Notes: generated by a model not told the origin, from the letters alone. A stretch of 63,972 nt of DNA, filler included, from Rhabdomonas costata (GCA_019059605.1; 41 parts of 41 records of this genome joined end to end with filler, not necessarily neighbours in it); one strand, 5' to 3'; shown: positions 25,301 through 36,975, numbered from the whole stretch's first letter. Made by a program: numbers and translations.

Positions 25301-26572
25301 TTCTTTGGTTCGTGCTGAGAGCCGAATGCTCAACGTTGTTGTTGTTCTGACCGTAGCTTATGACCTATATCGGGCTAAAAACCGTTTATCGTAGCCGTAC
25401 CGACCCAGCGTTAGGTTTAGGCATTCTTACCCCCCTACTAGCCGTTACTGGTGTGTCTGGGGTAATAAATTGCAGCAGCGCCCCGATGCACTCTCATTCC
25501 GATGGCCCCTGAACTCACCGGCCCCCCAAGGAGGTGTTGCTACCCGACATCATTCTAGAGCCAGCGGGAAGGATGGGACTGGCTTGGAGCTTCGATGGGG
25601 AGGATGTGATGCTGGGGGGCCGTCCCCCTGTGGCACTGGCCCTGCCCAGGAAGGCCGGCAGCACGGCGTCGTGGTAGTGCTCATAGGCTGGCGGGGGAGG
25701 CGCGGGGGCCTCAGCTGAGCCCTGGACCTCGGACTTGATGCACCGGCCTGCAGGGGGTCCCGGGCGAGAAAGACTCCAGCATTAAGGCATTAAACACAAG
25801 AGCGATCGCCATTCAAAATCGAAGAAAGCAGCGCGGTGTAAACCCCAAGCCAAGGCAACGAGGAAGTGGACCGCTCCCCTCGCACTCACCACTTCTGGGG
25901 ACGCTGAACGGGGGGGGGGAAGCAATATTCGAGTATAACGCGATGAAAATACAAGTGAAAAACAAAAAAAAAGGCAAAACAGAAACGTCATCAAAAAAGG
26001 TTTGTCCACGAACGCACAATAGTGAAAAGAGAGGGACGAGGAAGTGGAAGAACATCTGATGCAAAAGGAAGGGACGGGAAGGGAACTGCTCCGTCGGTAG
26101 GGCAAAAGGGTCCTAAAGACCCACACACACAAACACAAACAACGCATGACTAAGTAGAACTACAATGCCGATACACCCAGCAACTGAGAATAGATATGCA
26201 TCCAGCCTGCACTATCATTGTTGCTCACCTCAGCTGAACAGTGCATCAACGCATCATGAAGTCAAGGATAACGATGGCCTCATCTCCATCCTATAAACTG
26301 CGCCTCTTCCGTGGAACGCTATAGATATAGGAAAGAGGGAGGCACCGCGGCATCTGTTTCCTAGCAGAAGCGGAAAGCAGCCACGAGGGAAACTCTTCAC
26401 AACCTTCCGTTCCTGACCTCTTCATTGTGAAACACCCATTCCACAAAAGCAATCCCTCCGAAAAAGGCCCGGNNNNNNNNNNNNNNNNNNNNNNNNNNNN
26501 NNNNNNNNNNNNNNNNTTAATTAATTAANNNNNNNNNNNNNNNNNNNNNNNNNNNNNNNNNNNNNNNNNNNN

Positions 26573-27082
26573 ATGCGCAGACGCATTGATTGGCGGGCGG
26601 GTGGGCTGCGGCCCTTCGCCGTGGGCGCGGTGTGCACAGTGATCCGTGACGCTGTATTTGGAATGATCTACACAACCACCAAGCAGCTCACAGTGGGGCA
26701 TCCCGACGAGGCTGCCCCGGCGGCTTTTGTGGTTAGCTATGGCACTCACTTTGCCAACTTTAGCTGCCCTCAGTTCGTAGCCAAGGCCTTTGCAGGGTTT
26801 CTGGCGACATTGCTATCTAGCCCAGTGAACTACGTTCGGAACATCAAGTACGGCCACCACTCGGCCGTGACGGCACCCCCGTCGTCGAGGTGGATCCTGG
26901 CGGAGTTGTACCATAGCACGTTGTCCCGTGCCCGGGAACCCGGAGGGGGTATGTTTGCGGGGCTGAAGTTTCTACGGATGCGCCTGAACGTGGGCTGGGG
27001 CACGGGCCGAGTGGCCCTGGGTATGGCCTTGGGCGACTACGCCTTCCAGAAGTGCAAGCGGGCGCTGCTGAAAGAATTGTGA
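26573..27082 (+). CDS. Divergent mitochondrial carrier-like protein, C-terminal exon
   Basis: GGLRPF..G...TVIRDAVFG.IY, then ATLLSSPVNYVRN (variant of Px[DE]xx[RK]) and a terminal RL.VGWGT.RVA.GMA helix. Ends at TGA 27082. Confidence 0.65.
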   Translation: MRRRIDWRAGGLRPFAVGAVCTVIRDAVFGMIYTTTKQLTVGHPDEAAPAAFVVSYGTHFANFSCPQFVAKAFAGFLATLLSSPVNYVRNIKYGHHSAVTAPPSSRWILAELYHSTLSRAREPGGGMFAGLKFLRMRLNVGWGTGRVALGMALGDYAFQKCKRALLKEL

Positions 27083-28486
27083 GCAGGAGTAGGGCCGTTT
27101 GTGGAAAGAAGTGCCGTCAGTTGGCCCCCCCTGTTTCTGCATTGTGCACTTGTGCACTGCTGTAGGTTGCCCAAGGATATGTGGAGTGACCAACCTACTA
27201 AGTATCGCTGGTAGTTGTCTTTCTGTGAGCTTCGCTCTGCTCTTTGCTGCGACGCTCCAGGGTTTTTCGAGCTTTTGCACCACCAATAAGGTTCCACAGC
27301 ATAAATCATTCTGCTGGATGGGCAACTCTATTTCTTCCCAAGGTGTTTCAATGGAGCATGGGCGCGAGCACACACATACACACTTCAACGGAGAGCAATG
27401 CAAAGACTGACAAAGGGTTCCTCATACTTTTGCAAGGTGTCACTGCCGCCAGCCGAAGAGGGGCCAGAGAGGATCTCACAAGACCGGGAGGGACCAGGTT
27501 GCGGACGGGGGGAATAATGGCGGCACATGGGGTCGGACCGTCCCTGTTTTTGCCGCGCTCGACCAAACGATGAGAAAGAAAAACACGCTGCTGGCGGCAT
27601 TGCTGGTGCCAAATGGTCCGCTTCCTATCCCGCGCGGAACAGGCGGCCTTTTCCGAGCCTCCTGACCCCCCAAGACGGTCGTTGCCTTGCCCACATGGGC
27701 GAACAAAACCAGTCCATCTTTGCCGTTTCCCCATGCGTATGCTGATTACTCCGTCGGTTTCAATGCACGGCTGGACGGATAAATAACCTTATCCAACGGT
27801 CCAAATTTCCATTGCCCAAGCCCCGGCTACAAGCCATATCCGCTTTAACCGCTTAGCCGCGACACCTCAATGTACAATTGTTGATCGCGGCCCTTCTCCG
27901 GCAACGGCCCCCGTCCATTTTTATCTAAATACTTTTAATTCAGCTTCAAGCGTGTATTGTTTTACCGACCTGGCTTCCCAAACCGACTACCCTTTTGGCT
28001 GCAATATCAATCCTCCGGCGGCGGCATCGGCCCCNNNNNNNNNNNNNNNNNNNNNNNNNNNNNNNNNNNNNNNNNNNNTTAATTAATTAANNNNNNNNNN
28101 NNNNNNNNNNNNNNNNNNNNNNNNNNNNNNNNNNGTGTGGGGTTGGAGTTGCCCAGCAAGTCAAGCCACTTGCTGGGACTGCTGTATCAACCGGGTCATA
28201 AGGGTTTGGACCCATGGGGGGGGGGGTTCAGCAGGGTCCATTGTGTCGGCGGGGGTGTGGGAGAGGGAAGCGAGAGGGCAAAAAGGTGGCCACAAAAACA
28301 TAAATGAATGCTGGAATTTGCGTGGAGTGAGATAGTGTGACATGGGTATGTGCATTGACTGGAGTCGTACAGTTGGGGTCGGAAGTAGCCGATTCTTTGC
28401 CGTGCTTGTTTGCAATCTTAGGATGGAAACCTTGTGGTTTACCTTTAAAAAGACAAAGTTCTTTATTGTTGTTGCTGTCTCGTGTG

Positions 28487-29596
28487 ATGGTTGAAGCTTC
28501 TCGCGCCGCTGTTTGGGTGCTGTTGCTTGCACTCCCAGTTGCGCTTCTGCTGCGGGTACACTGGGATCACTGGGGCGTGCCCGTTCCGATGCATGTTGTC
28601 CAGACTAACCTTCCCCAGAACGACACTTGCTTCCGTGCCATTACCGAATGGCGAAAGACGTACGCTCCCCCACACTCCGCGATCCTGAACGGAGCGCGGC
28701 CCCCGCGGCTGGCAGTGGCAGTTCTCCCTCAAGCAGGCATTGGCGACCAACTGACGGGGGTCCTCACGCTCTTCTACTATGCCCTGTTCACGCAGCGCGC
28801 TTTTCAGGTCCGGGTGGGAGGTGAAGGGGTCAATGGTGCCTCTGAAGGGTGGAAAGATGTGTTCTCCGGAACGTTCACAAGTTTGCAAGGTGTTAACTCC
28901 TGACGACGCGTCCCAGAATGCAAAACAAGTTCAGCCTGCAAATACCTCTTTTTTCGGCTCCGCCAAAAATTGCTTCGCATGCATTCCACAGCATCTGCGT
29001 GCTGCCTCACTCAATCGAGACGCTCATCCTCAAAAATCCCTCTTCAGCTTTTCGGCTTCACCCCTTGAATACCTCTCGGGATTTCAAACCTTGACTTGTT
29101 TTCGTTACATTTTATACCTAATACGGGTTGTTAAAGGATACGAAGACATCTGAGCTGGAGCCGAAGCGACTCTGGCTGTAAAGGTGTTCAGGGTGGTTTT
29201 CGGCTGTTTTTACCTCAAACCTCATAGATAATCTCCTATGGAGTCTTGCCAGACTTCAGCATGGTCTTTGACTCCCCGGCGATCAACTGGACAGCTTCAT
29301 ACCCTGATATACTTTTCGAGCACCTCAAGTTTTCCTACAAGAACCTGCTTTCCCGCACTGCTGGGCGAGTCCCGGAATTCCGCGACGACGCCCGTGCCTA
29401 CACCTACTGGTTTCTCATCAACAACAACACTGCAGCAGGCGAGTTTGCGGTGCGCAACTTCAGCACCATCGGGCCCATTAACAACTCTGCCCCGTACGCC
29501 TTCATCACCTCCAACAAAGGTCGCACTTACCCCCTGTTCAGCAACCCTGTGCATGGCCCTGCGTTGCAACGCCTGGGGTTGCGCCCAGAGGCCACA
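28487..29596 (+). CDS. Type II membrane glycosyltransferase, fucosyltransferase-like (exons 28487-28807 and 29228 to contig end)
   Basis: An N-terminal hydrophobic anchor is followed by AGIGDQLTGVLTLFYYALFTQRAFQ, resembling the G.G(N/D)......F.YAL.T.R motif of GT-B fucosyltransferases. In-frame CAG|GT...TAG|ATA intron. Confidence 0.6.
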
Positions 29597-29762
29597 NNNN
29601 NNNNNNNNNNNNNNNNNNNNNNNNNNNNNNNNNNNNNNNNTTAATTAATTAANNNNNNNNNNNNNNNNNNNNNNNNNNNNNNNNNNNNNNNNNNNNCTGA
29701 GCTGGGAACAGCCTGTTTCACGTTATTGCCTAACCACGGTTCGTTGCTGTCCCGATGTGCAG

Positions 29763-30657
29763 GTTGTTCCCCCCGGGGTTCCCGAAGTCCCTGTTGCAGA
29801 AGATCTACGCTTGCCTCCAGCCTGTCGTGGTGGAGTCCAACGCCGTTCTGGTCCCTGCTCAATCTGAGGTTTGCCGGAAGGCTCTGCAGAACCAACAAAA
29901 CAAAAGTGAGAATACAAGCGGAGCCTGGATGCTATTCATAAGTGTTGACACAAAGAGCGAAAGCTTTTCTTTTGTAAAACAGCAAAGGACTGTCAGGGTG
30001 CACGGGCACATTCAATGTTTGGGAGACAGACAGTTTTATCTCGACCTTTCCAGTTTGAGTTCTGGGTGCGCAAATGGTCACCACTGCGTAAGCTTGTCTT
30101 TTCAGCCGACTTTCAGTTGCTGTTGACGTTGGAGTGTGTGTGTGTGGGGGGGGGGTGACAATGAATACTAGCGATAACAATAGCGTTTACTGGTGGCCGC
30201 ACAAAAACACGATAGCAATGCACCCTTGAATACTTCCTTGGACCGCGTTTCTGGCTGAGTCTCCCGCTCCGGCCGCGTAGTGGGCTGATATCCGCCCCTA
30301 CAATGTCACCTATTCACCCAACCCCGGCAACAGGGTCCATGGCCAGCAGCATTTTTGGAGCGCCAGATTCACCAAAACCCGGATGAAAAAGAATATACTT
30401 GCTAGGTGCCTGTTGCTAAGGATCATTTTCTCGTTGGCTTTTTCTTCGAGGGTCAAGGACTGATGTCCATGCCATTTTGCAAGGGCACGTGCATGAGCGC
30501 ACACTCGCGCACAGGTGAAGTCCGTGTACTTCGTGATCCAGGGGATTGCTGAGGCCGGGGTTCCGGCCATCACTGCGAGGATGTCGGCGTCGGACAAAGC
30601 CCTGGTGGCCGCCCTGGCGGCCGTGGCGGAGAGCCAGAACCCTGTGTGCAACACGCC
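29763..30657 (+). CDS. Unidentified protein, two probable exons (~29763-29905, 30515-30657)
   Basis: GC-rich open segments flanked by CAG and GT sites (…LQKIYACLQPVVVES…; VKSVYFVIQGIAEAGVPAITARMS…). No family recognised. Confidence 0.35.
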
Positions 30658-30961
30658 GGTGTCTCTTTGCGGATTGGTGTGTGCTTCTTCTGTGATAATG
30701 CAGGGCTCGCTTCAAAGGCTCAGCAATTCGTGTGCGGAGTGCATGGAATTCTGGTGTTTATGGAGAGGGGCTCCCTCCTCCATCCCAGCACAACCTTCCA
30801 AGATATGCGTGGGACCAGGTGCCCCTCGTGTAGATCTTAATTAATTGAATTGGATGCATGTCCGACGTTTTGGGAGACTTTGCCTGCTTCGCCATTTGCT
30901 GTTTTGTGTTTGAAAGAAGTTGAATTTTGGCGGATAAATTCGCTTTCACCTTGAGATGGAT

Positions 30962-31026
30962 GGTTGCATCTGATCTGCCCTCCCCTTCAGCGGTTCCATG
31001 TGGAGGAGGGCAGATCAGATGCAACC
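30962..31026. repeat. Perfect 22-bp hairpin with 21-nt loop
   Basis: GGTTGCATCTGATCTGCCCTCC (30962-30983) pairs with GGAGGGCAGATCAGATGCAACC (31005-31026). Confidence 0.92.
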
Positions 31027-33345
31027 CTACATACATGCAGCCAACTCCCCACCCGCAGCCACCCGTTAAAGACCGACTCTTCCGACCCCTCCGCTACTGA
31101 CTCCACCACACTGCACACGAGAGTGGGTATGTACGCTGAAGGGTGGTAACACAAAACCNNNNNNNNNNNNNNNNNNNNNNNNNNNNNNNNNNNNNNNNNN
31201 NNTTAATTAATTAANNNNNNNNNNNNNNNNNNNNNNNNNNNNNNNNNNNNNNNNNNNNGGTTTGGTTTCCGAAGGTTGCCGGAAAGAATCTTAGATTTCA
31301 ATTTACCAATTACTCAGAGAAACCTCGCGTGTGGCTATTACTCAATTACTGTGACTTTCGGAGTCGTCGATTACCGTTCACCACCCATCGCCACTTGATG
31401 GCACAATGGCAGGTTTTGGGGCGGGGGGCAAGCCCCTGAAGTCTGAACGTATGGTATCCTGAGTTTTCACACGATTGTCCGTCTTTTATCCCTCCCTGTG
31501 CAGAAATTGTCTCTCTGGGTTCGTTTCGGTGGACCCTTGTTGCATTGCCAGGTGAGGCGGTTCTTGCGTGGTCCTTTTGCCACGACGGTGAGATCAAGCC
31601 TGACCTCGTGGAGGCTCGCGAAAGGAACCCTGCAACGAGCATCGCGCTGAAGCGGAAGCAGCGCGAGAGCCTGGAGAGCGACGCTCACCCCCAGTGCGGG
31701 GTCACTGCAATGGGGTCGAAATTCCGCGGCCACCCTCTGGTGTCTCTTCCTGGGGTCATTGACTCAAGCGAAACGTAAGCTCAAAGGTGGGTCCCTTGAG
31801 CAGGGCTCTGGGTTCCCGTGAAGTACTTATCGTGGCTCGTGTTATTTTTGAGACGCCCCTCGGCGCGTCGTTGTGATTTGTGTCGTGCGTCTTCCAATGG
31901 GCTATTTTTCCTCGGACAATAATTCTGCCCTTTACAATCATTATCAAAAGTATTTATTATCAAAACTCATCTTTCTTTCGAACTTACCTTTCGAGGTATA
32001 TTTTTGCTTGTATTTTGGAGCCTTTCGAATTTTTGGATATCGTGAGGGTTTCCAACGTTACTCAACGAAAGTTTCTTCCTTTGTCACTCGAGTCGATTCT
32101 GCATCCCCCCCCCCTCTCTCCCTCGAAATTGTGACGGTGGAAGAGACAGGTGAAGGGCCCCATCTTATTTGGATGATCTGCGCAAAGAAATGTGAGAAAC
32201 TGGACATTGCTTTTTGATTGACCGTGGCTGAATGCTGTGCATTACAGTTCTTTCAGAGGTGGGATCCTCATGAGCAGAAATTGCAGTTGCAGACGGCTGT
32301 GGAGTTTGATCTGTCGTCTTGAACCTAACCCTAACCAAACCAAAAACTGCATTGAGGGAAATTATCCGGGAATACCGTGCACAAAGCGAAATTTCTGGGC
32401 TATGAGTTTTGAGATCTATCTCGAGAGTCAGCCGCAGCTTTGAAAGTTCGGCCTTTGAACAAACCCAACACCAAATTGTAGCACTCAATGCGCACCCCAG
32501 GAAGACCGTTTTCAATTTGCCCGCCATAATCAACAAAGTTCCTTTTCCAGATCGCCTTTGCGGAACTAGATTGAATCAAACGACCCGCGAATGTTTGCGA
32601 GAGAATTAAGATCACCAACACCTTCATCAGTCTTTTCTGCGGGTTGTACTAGTGGGCTCACATCGATGGAAAGAATAAACCCACGCAAACCCCCCTAAAA
32701 AAAGCCTGTGCAACCCACACNNNNNNNNNNNNNNNNNNNNNNNNNNNNNNNNNNNNNNNNNNNNTTAATTAATTAANNNNNNNNNNNNNNNNNNNNNNNN
32801 NNNNNNNNNNNNNNNNNNNNGGTGGTGTGGATGGGGGGAGGAATGGATGGCTTGCGTCAGTCAGGCGATGAACATTTGGAAGTTTGGCATATGGTTTGGA
32901 GGACTTCACTATCCAGGATAATAATCCCGGCGTCTCCCTGGCACGTGGTGAGCTAAAGAACATTTGTGATAGTCAGCAAGGGTGGTTTTTGCCTTTTCTT
33001 CCTTTCCTCCCATGTCTTTATTCGCGCGCGCTGGTTGTCGAGTATTTTTACTACTCCCTTTCCATATAAAACTTATAAAAAAGCTGGTGCGCTTGATTTT
33101 CCATGAATATCTTTGGCCACTGATGGTGCGGGTGCCCGAACATAACAAGAACGCCACAATGTCGCGACCGCGCAATATTGCAAAACTGCAATGCCGCCCT
33201 ATCGCCATGAGGCCACAAAGCACTCTGACCTTTTGGCTGTCATGCCTTCGTTCGGAATTGTGGTAATTGGATGGTCGCCATCAGTCGGTTTCAACCCCCC
33301 GTGACCCCACCAGCACCACCTCCTCCCAACGCCTTTGCCTTGCAG

Positions 33346-34189
33346 GCCCTCATTGAGGTGCTGAACCGGCGGGTGCTGTCGGACTTGGAGTGGTTCTGCG
33401 GCGCGAACAGCGCGGAGGAGGTGCTGTCCAGCGGCACGCCGATCTCCGCAAAGGTCCTCGTGGTGCTGATGCAGCAGCTGGCGCACGACTTGTCCAGTGA
33501 GGTGTGCTGCCATGGGGAGGGGCCTTCCTTTCTGTCGCCGTTGACAGAAAGGGTCATTCCCACGCTTCTCCCCCGCCCACCTTCGGAGTGGCGAGTGTTT
33601 TGGTGGAATTTGTTCTATTTGCGATTTTTCTTTCCAGTGGAAATGCATTCTCGGAAATTCACAGCAACTGGCACAGGTCACAATGCTGGGGAATCGAAGA
33701 GGCATCAATCAACATGGAGAGTGGACAAAAAATGCATGTTTCCACGGATTATTTTTTTTGGGGGGGGGTCGCACTTGTTTGGCGAGGCGCCAGTAGTCAT
33801 GCCAAGCAGCACGATTATCCCCTCCCTCTTAATGTGAAGGTACCGACGAATCGCTTACCTTTTCGTGGGTTAATTGGTTTTGTTTTGATCAAAGCAAATC
33901 AAGACCACGTACACACACGCACTGTGTTCTCAACCGTGAGTGTGAGTGGGGCTCCAACGAAAGCGGCTGAAACACGGGTGGGCAGAGGAAGAGGCAGAGA
34001 TGGGATGTTAAGATGAATTTGGGAGGGATGCATTGGATAAATGCATTTCACTTGGTATGGGAGCTGCGCTCTGTCACACCTGCCGCCGCTTCACAGCCTT
34101 CGCTGAAGCTCACGTGGATCTCTGAGGCGGCCAGCGCGCTGGAGCTGGACACCGAGGGTAGTGCGCCCGTCGCGCACCTGTTATCCGAG
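33346..34189 (+). CDS. EDC4: Enhancer of mRNA decapping 4 (Ge-1/VARICOSE) C-terminal domain, exons 33346-33501 and 34097-34189, partial
   Basis: Spliced reading ALIEVLNRRVLSDLEWFC...PISAKVLVVLMQQLAHDLSSE|PSLKLTWISEAASAL fits the Ge-1 CTD pattern AF..AL...DL..V.WLC...PLSQ.VLL.L.QQLA.DL.....KL.W..E...A. Confidence 0.68.
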
Positions 34190-34382
34190 GTGTACCCTCC
34201 CTCCCACGGCAACCCCTTTCTTCCTGTACGACACCCAGCAACCATTTCCCAAACCTGGGCTGAACACCCGAGACACACACAANNNNNNNNNNNNNNNNNN
34301 NNNNNNNNNNNNNNNNNNNNNNNNNNTTAATTAATTAANNNNNNNNNNNNNNNNNNNNNNNNNNNNNNNNNNNNNNNNNNNN

Positions 34383-34920
34383 GGAACTGAGCCATTAGAT
34401 CCCACTGCGGCGGATGAAAAGCCCCAAAAGATGAGCAAGGTGGATCTGGCCGAAATAGTTTTGGCCGAGGGAATCAAAACATACGAGCAGCTGCTTGTAG
34501 AAGGTGTGTTAACTTTATTTTTCTGCTTATTTGCAATTAAATGCACTTCATTAGTGAAAACACGTATGCGTTTTTATAGCTGAGAAAAGACGAAGGGCTT
34601 CTGATGAACGCCTGTGGAGCTTTATCATCATGAGGGGAAGAAAATGCGTTGAGGAGACCGTCGCGATTACTAATACAATGAACACCTCAATTGAGGACGC
34701 GGTCCTTTCCCAGCGGCCAAGACTACAGGTCTTGGCCGATGCCATGCAAAAGCCTTGCGAGTGTGCTGAAAAAGGTCTTTGGAGGTCCCTCGCAGAGATG
34801 ACGCTAAAGAATAATGAAATAGAAAGGGAGGAGTTTTGCCGGGCGGTGGTTGATTTGCTGAAGCTGGGAAGGGGAAAGAATCGCAATATTTTTCTCATTG
34901 GCAGAAGCAACTGTGGAAAA
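34383..34920 (+). CDS. Rep protein central part and SF3-type helicase start (exons 34383-34503 and 34580-34920; 76-bp GT-AG intron 34504-34579), cut at Walker A
   Basis: Spliced reading GTEPLDPT...GIKTYEQLLVE|AEKRRR...LWRSLAEMTLKNNEIEREEFCRAVVDLLKLGRGKNRNIFLIGRSNCGK. The N-hydrophobic-GxxxxGK Walker A context resembles parvoviral NS1/CRESS SF3 helicases. The phase-1 intron restores the frame. Confidence 0.75.
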
Positions 34921-35052
34921 AGTCCTGGTCACCCGGAGATGGTTGCCAGACTCAGTTCCGTCAGCCAGGAACCTTCTCACACCGGATCGCCTAGCTCTCG
35001 ATGCTTCTTCCGTCCTGGGTCTGGCAACCATCTCCGGGTGACCAGGACTTTT
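34918..35052. repeat. Perfect 34-bp inverted duplication marking a rearranged/chimeric junction in the Rep gene
   Basis: 34918-34951 is the reverse complement of 35019-35052. Both copies encode KSPGHPEMVAR, on opposite strands. Confidence 0.92.
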
Positions 35053-35385
35053 CACCACATCATGGTCACTTTTAGTGACATACGCAAGCGCATGGTAGTA
35101 GTTGGAACCTTCAGGAGGGGCCGAAAAATTAGCATAGATTCCATCAGCCCGAAGCAAAGCTGCAACCCTGGCAAATCTGTAGGAACGTCGAAGCTTCAGA
35201 GCTAAATGATAGTGAAAGCCCCCTTCTGAGTGAGATTCCTTTGCTGAGCACCAGCAAACAACGACGTTGCCAAAGCACTGAAAAAAAGCGCCTGCGACTC
35301 GTTGTGCAAAATCTTCCTTGCTGCCAACAGAAGCGGCTCTTTCGGCGTGAGAAAGTGTTACTAAGTAAACCATTTCTTGTGCCAT
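34951..35385 (-). CDS. Rolling-circle HUH endonuclease (Rep N-terminal domain)
   Basis: ATG at 35385. Motif I VYLVTLS, motif II KESHSEGGFHYHLAL (HUH) and motif III AYVTK (YxxK) occur in canonical order and spacing. Confidence 0.88.
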
Positions 35386-35586
35386 GGCCTTGATAAAGAA
35401 AAAAGTAAAGGAAAGTGGCCTTGAGAACCCATTAAACGGCACAAAAGCACACAAAACAGCATTTAAAGATCATAAAATCATTTCATTTTCATGGAATAAT
35501 GCGTTTTGCGCTGCAGGCACAGTCCACACCGAGGTTACCAATTGAAATTGTCTTTCTGATGAAGATTTTTCCAAACTTCACGCCGA

Positions 35587-35847
35587 TCTTGATGCATTTT
35601 CTGTCACCGGTCACCCAGACAACGTTTTCCAAAATACTTTGAACACAGCAAGGTTTTTACCCCCTCCCCCCCCAGGAATCAATGTTGAATTGCTTGGGAA
35701 TAAAATTCAACATTGAAAATTGGGGGGGGAGGGGGGTGTTCAATTCCATTATGGAAAACGTTGTCTGAAAATGACTTTTTCGCAACGGCGGATTCCCAAC
35801 ATCGAAAGTCACATTTAAAACGCCCGAAAAAATGCATTGCATCAAGA
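35587..35847. repeat. Nested multi-arm imperfect palindrome upstream of Rep (candidate origin or terminal hairpin)
   Basis: Paired arms: 35587-35596/35838-35847, 35616-35631/35752-35767, 35639-35646/35736-35743, 35660-35674/35721-35735 and 35679-35691/35704-35716, around a 12-nt apical loop. Confidence 0.85.
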
Positions 35848-36563
35848 GNNNNNNNNNNNNNNNNNNNNNNNNNNNNNNNNNNNNNNNNNNNNTTAATTAA
35901 TTAANNNNNNNNNNNNNNNNNNNNNNNNNNNNNNNNNNNNNNNNNNNNGAGGCGCATATCTGACTTTCACCGGAATTCAACGTCAATGTCAGATTTGGTC
36001 CGTTTCGGATTCTTGCCGAGCTCCTGTTTATATAAGGCCCCGCTGCTGCGGTTTTCGTGCTTCCCTTGGCAGACTGGCCGAAGCTGTGGGTGACCTTCAG
36101 GAAGAAGAGGAGGACCCCCGGCTGCTGCTCCAAGCGGAGGAGGTGCAGGCTAAGTGGAGGCTTCGTGGCAAGTTCGACCCGGTGCGCAGTGTGTTATCCT
36201 GTGCTGTGCGTCTACGGCGGTGGGTTAGGAGTAGGGGATTAAGTCTTTTTGGGGTAAGCGTCGCATCTGTTTGGCCTGAAGTAAATGCTCTTCTGCTGAT
36301 TCTGCTGATTGCCATCCTCCCACCCACGGAGCCTGACTCTGGTTTTCCGATCCTCTTTTCGTGTGTTTTTATATGTGAAGGACATCCTCAGTTGAACAAA
36401 CAGAAACAGAAACAGAAACAGAAGCAGTTGTGGTCTTAAAATAGATCGCTGTTTTAGCTTCGAAATTTGAAAGTTCCGAGTTTCAGAAACACATACGTCA
36501 AAAAGAAAGCGCGAGGGGGAAAAAAAGCACGGGATCGACCACGAGTGGGTGGGGGTGTCTCAG

Positions 36564-36908
36564 GCAGGGGAGATGTTGACCCACACCCACGCTCTCCAAG
36601 AGGCACGTCGGGAGAGGGCCGAGCAGGCCGCAGCGCGGCGGGAGCATCTCCTGCGCAGGGCAGAGGCCCTGCGGGAGGCCTCTCGTACCCCCATAGCTGC
36701 TGCTCCCGGTGGAACCTTTCCTGGTCGTGGTCGCGTGATGGACGCTGCCCAGGCCGAAGTCCAGGCCGCAGAAATGGTGGCCCGAGCTGCCGAGGCGCAC
36801 CTCCGGCACATCGCAGTGCGGAGAGCGGTGGAGAGATCAGACCAGGAGGTCCAGTGGGACCGGCAGGAGAGGGAGCGCCAGCTGGAGGCTGTCGCAGCTC
36901 AGGAGAAG
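36564..36908 (+). CDS. Ala/Arg/Glu-rich coiled-coil exon of unknown protein
   Basis: GC-rich open frame between CAG and AAG|GT (…QEARRERAEQAAARREHLLRRAEALRE…RQERERQLEAVAAQEK). A probable upstream exon lies at ~36073-36181. Confidence 0.5.
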
Positions 36909-36975
36909 GTTGTGTATGACTGTTCACGGCTCCACCACTTGCGTTTGGCTGTGCAGCTTGTACAAAGCATAGAGC

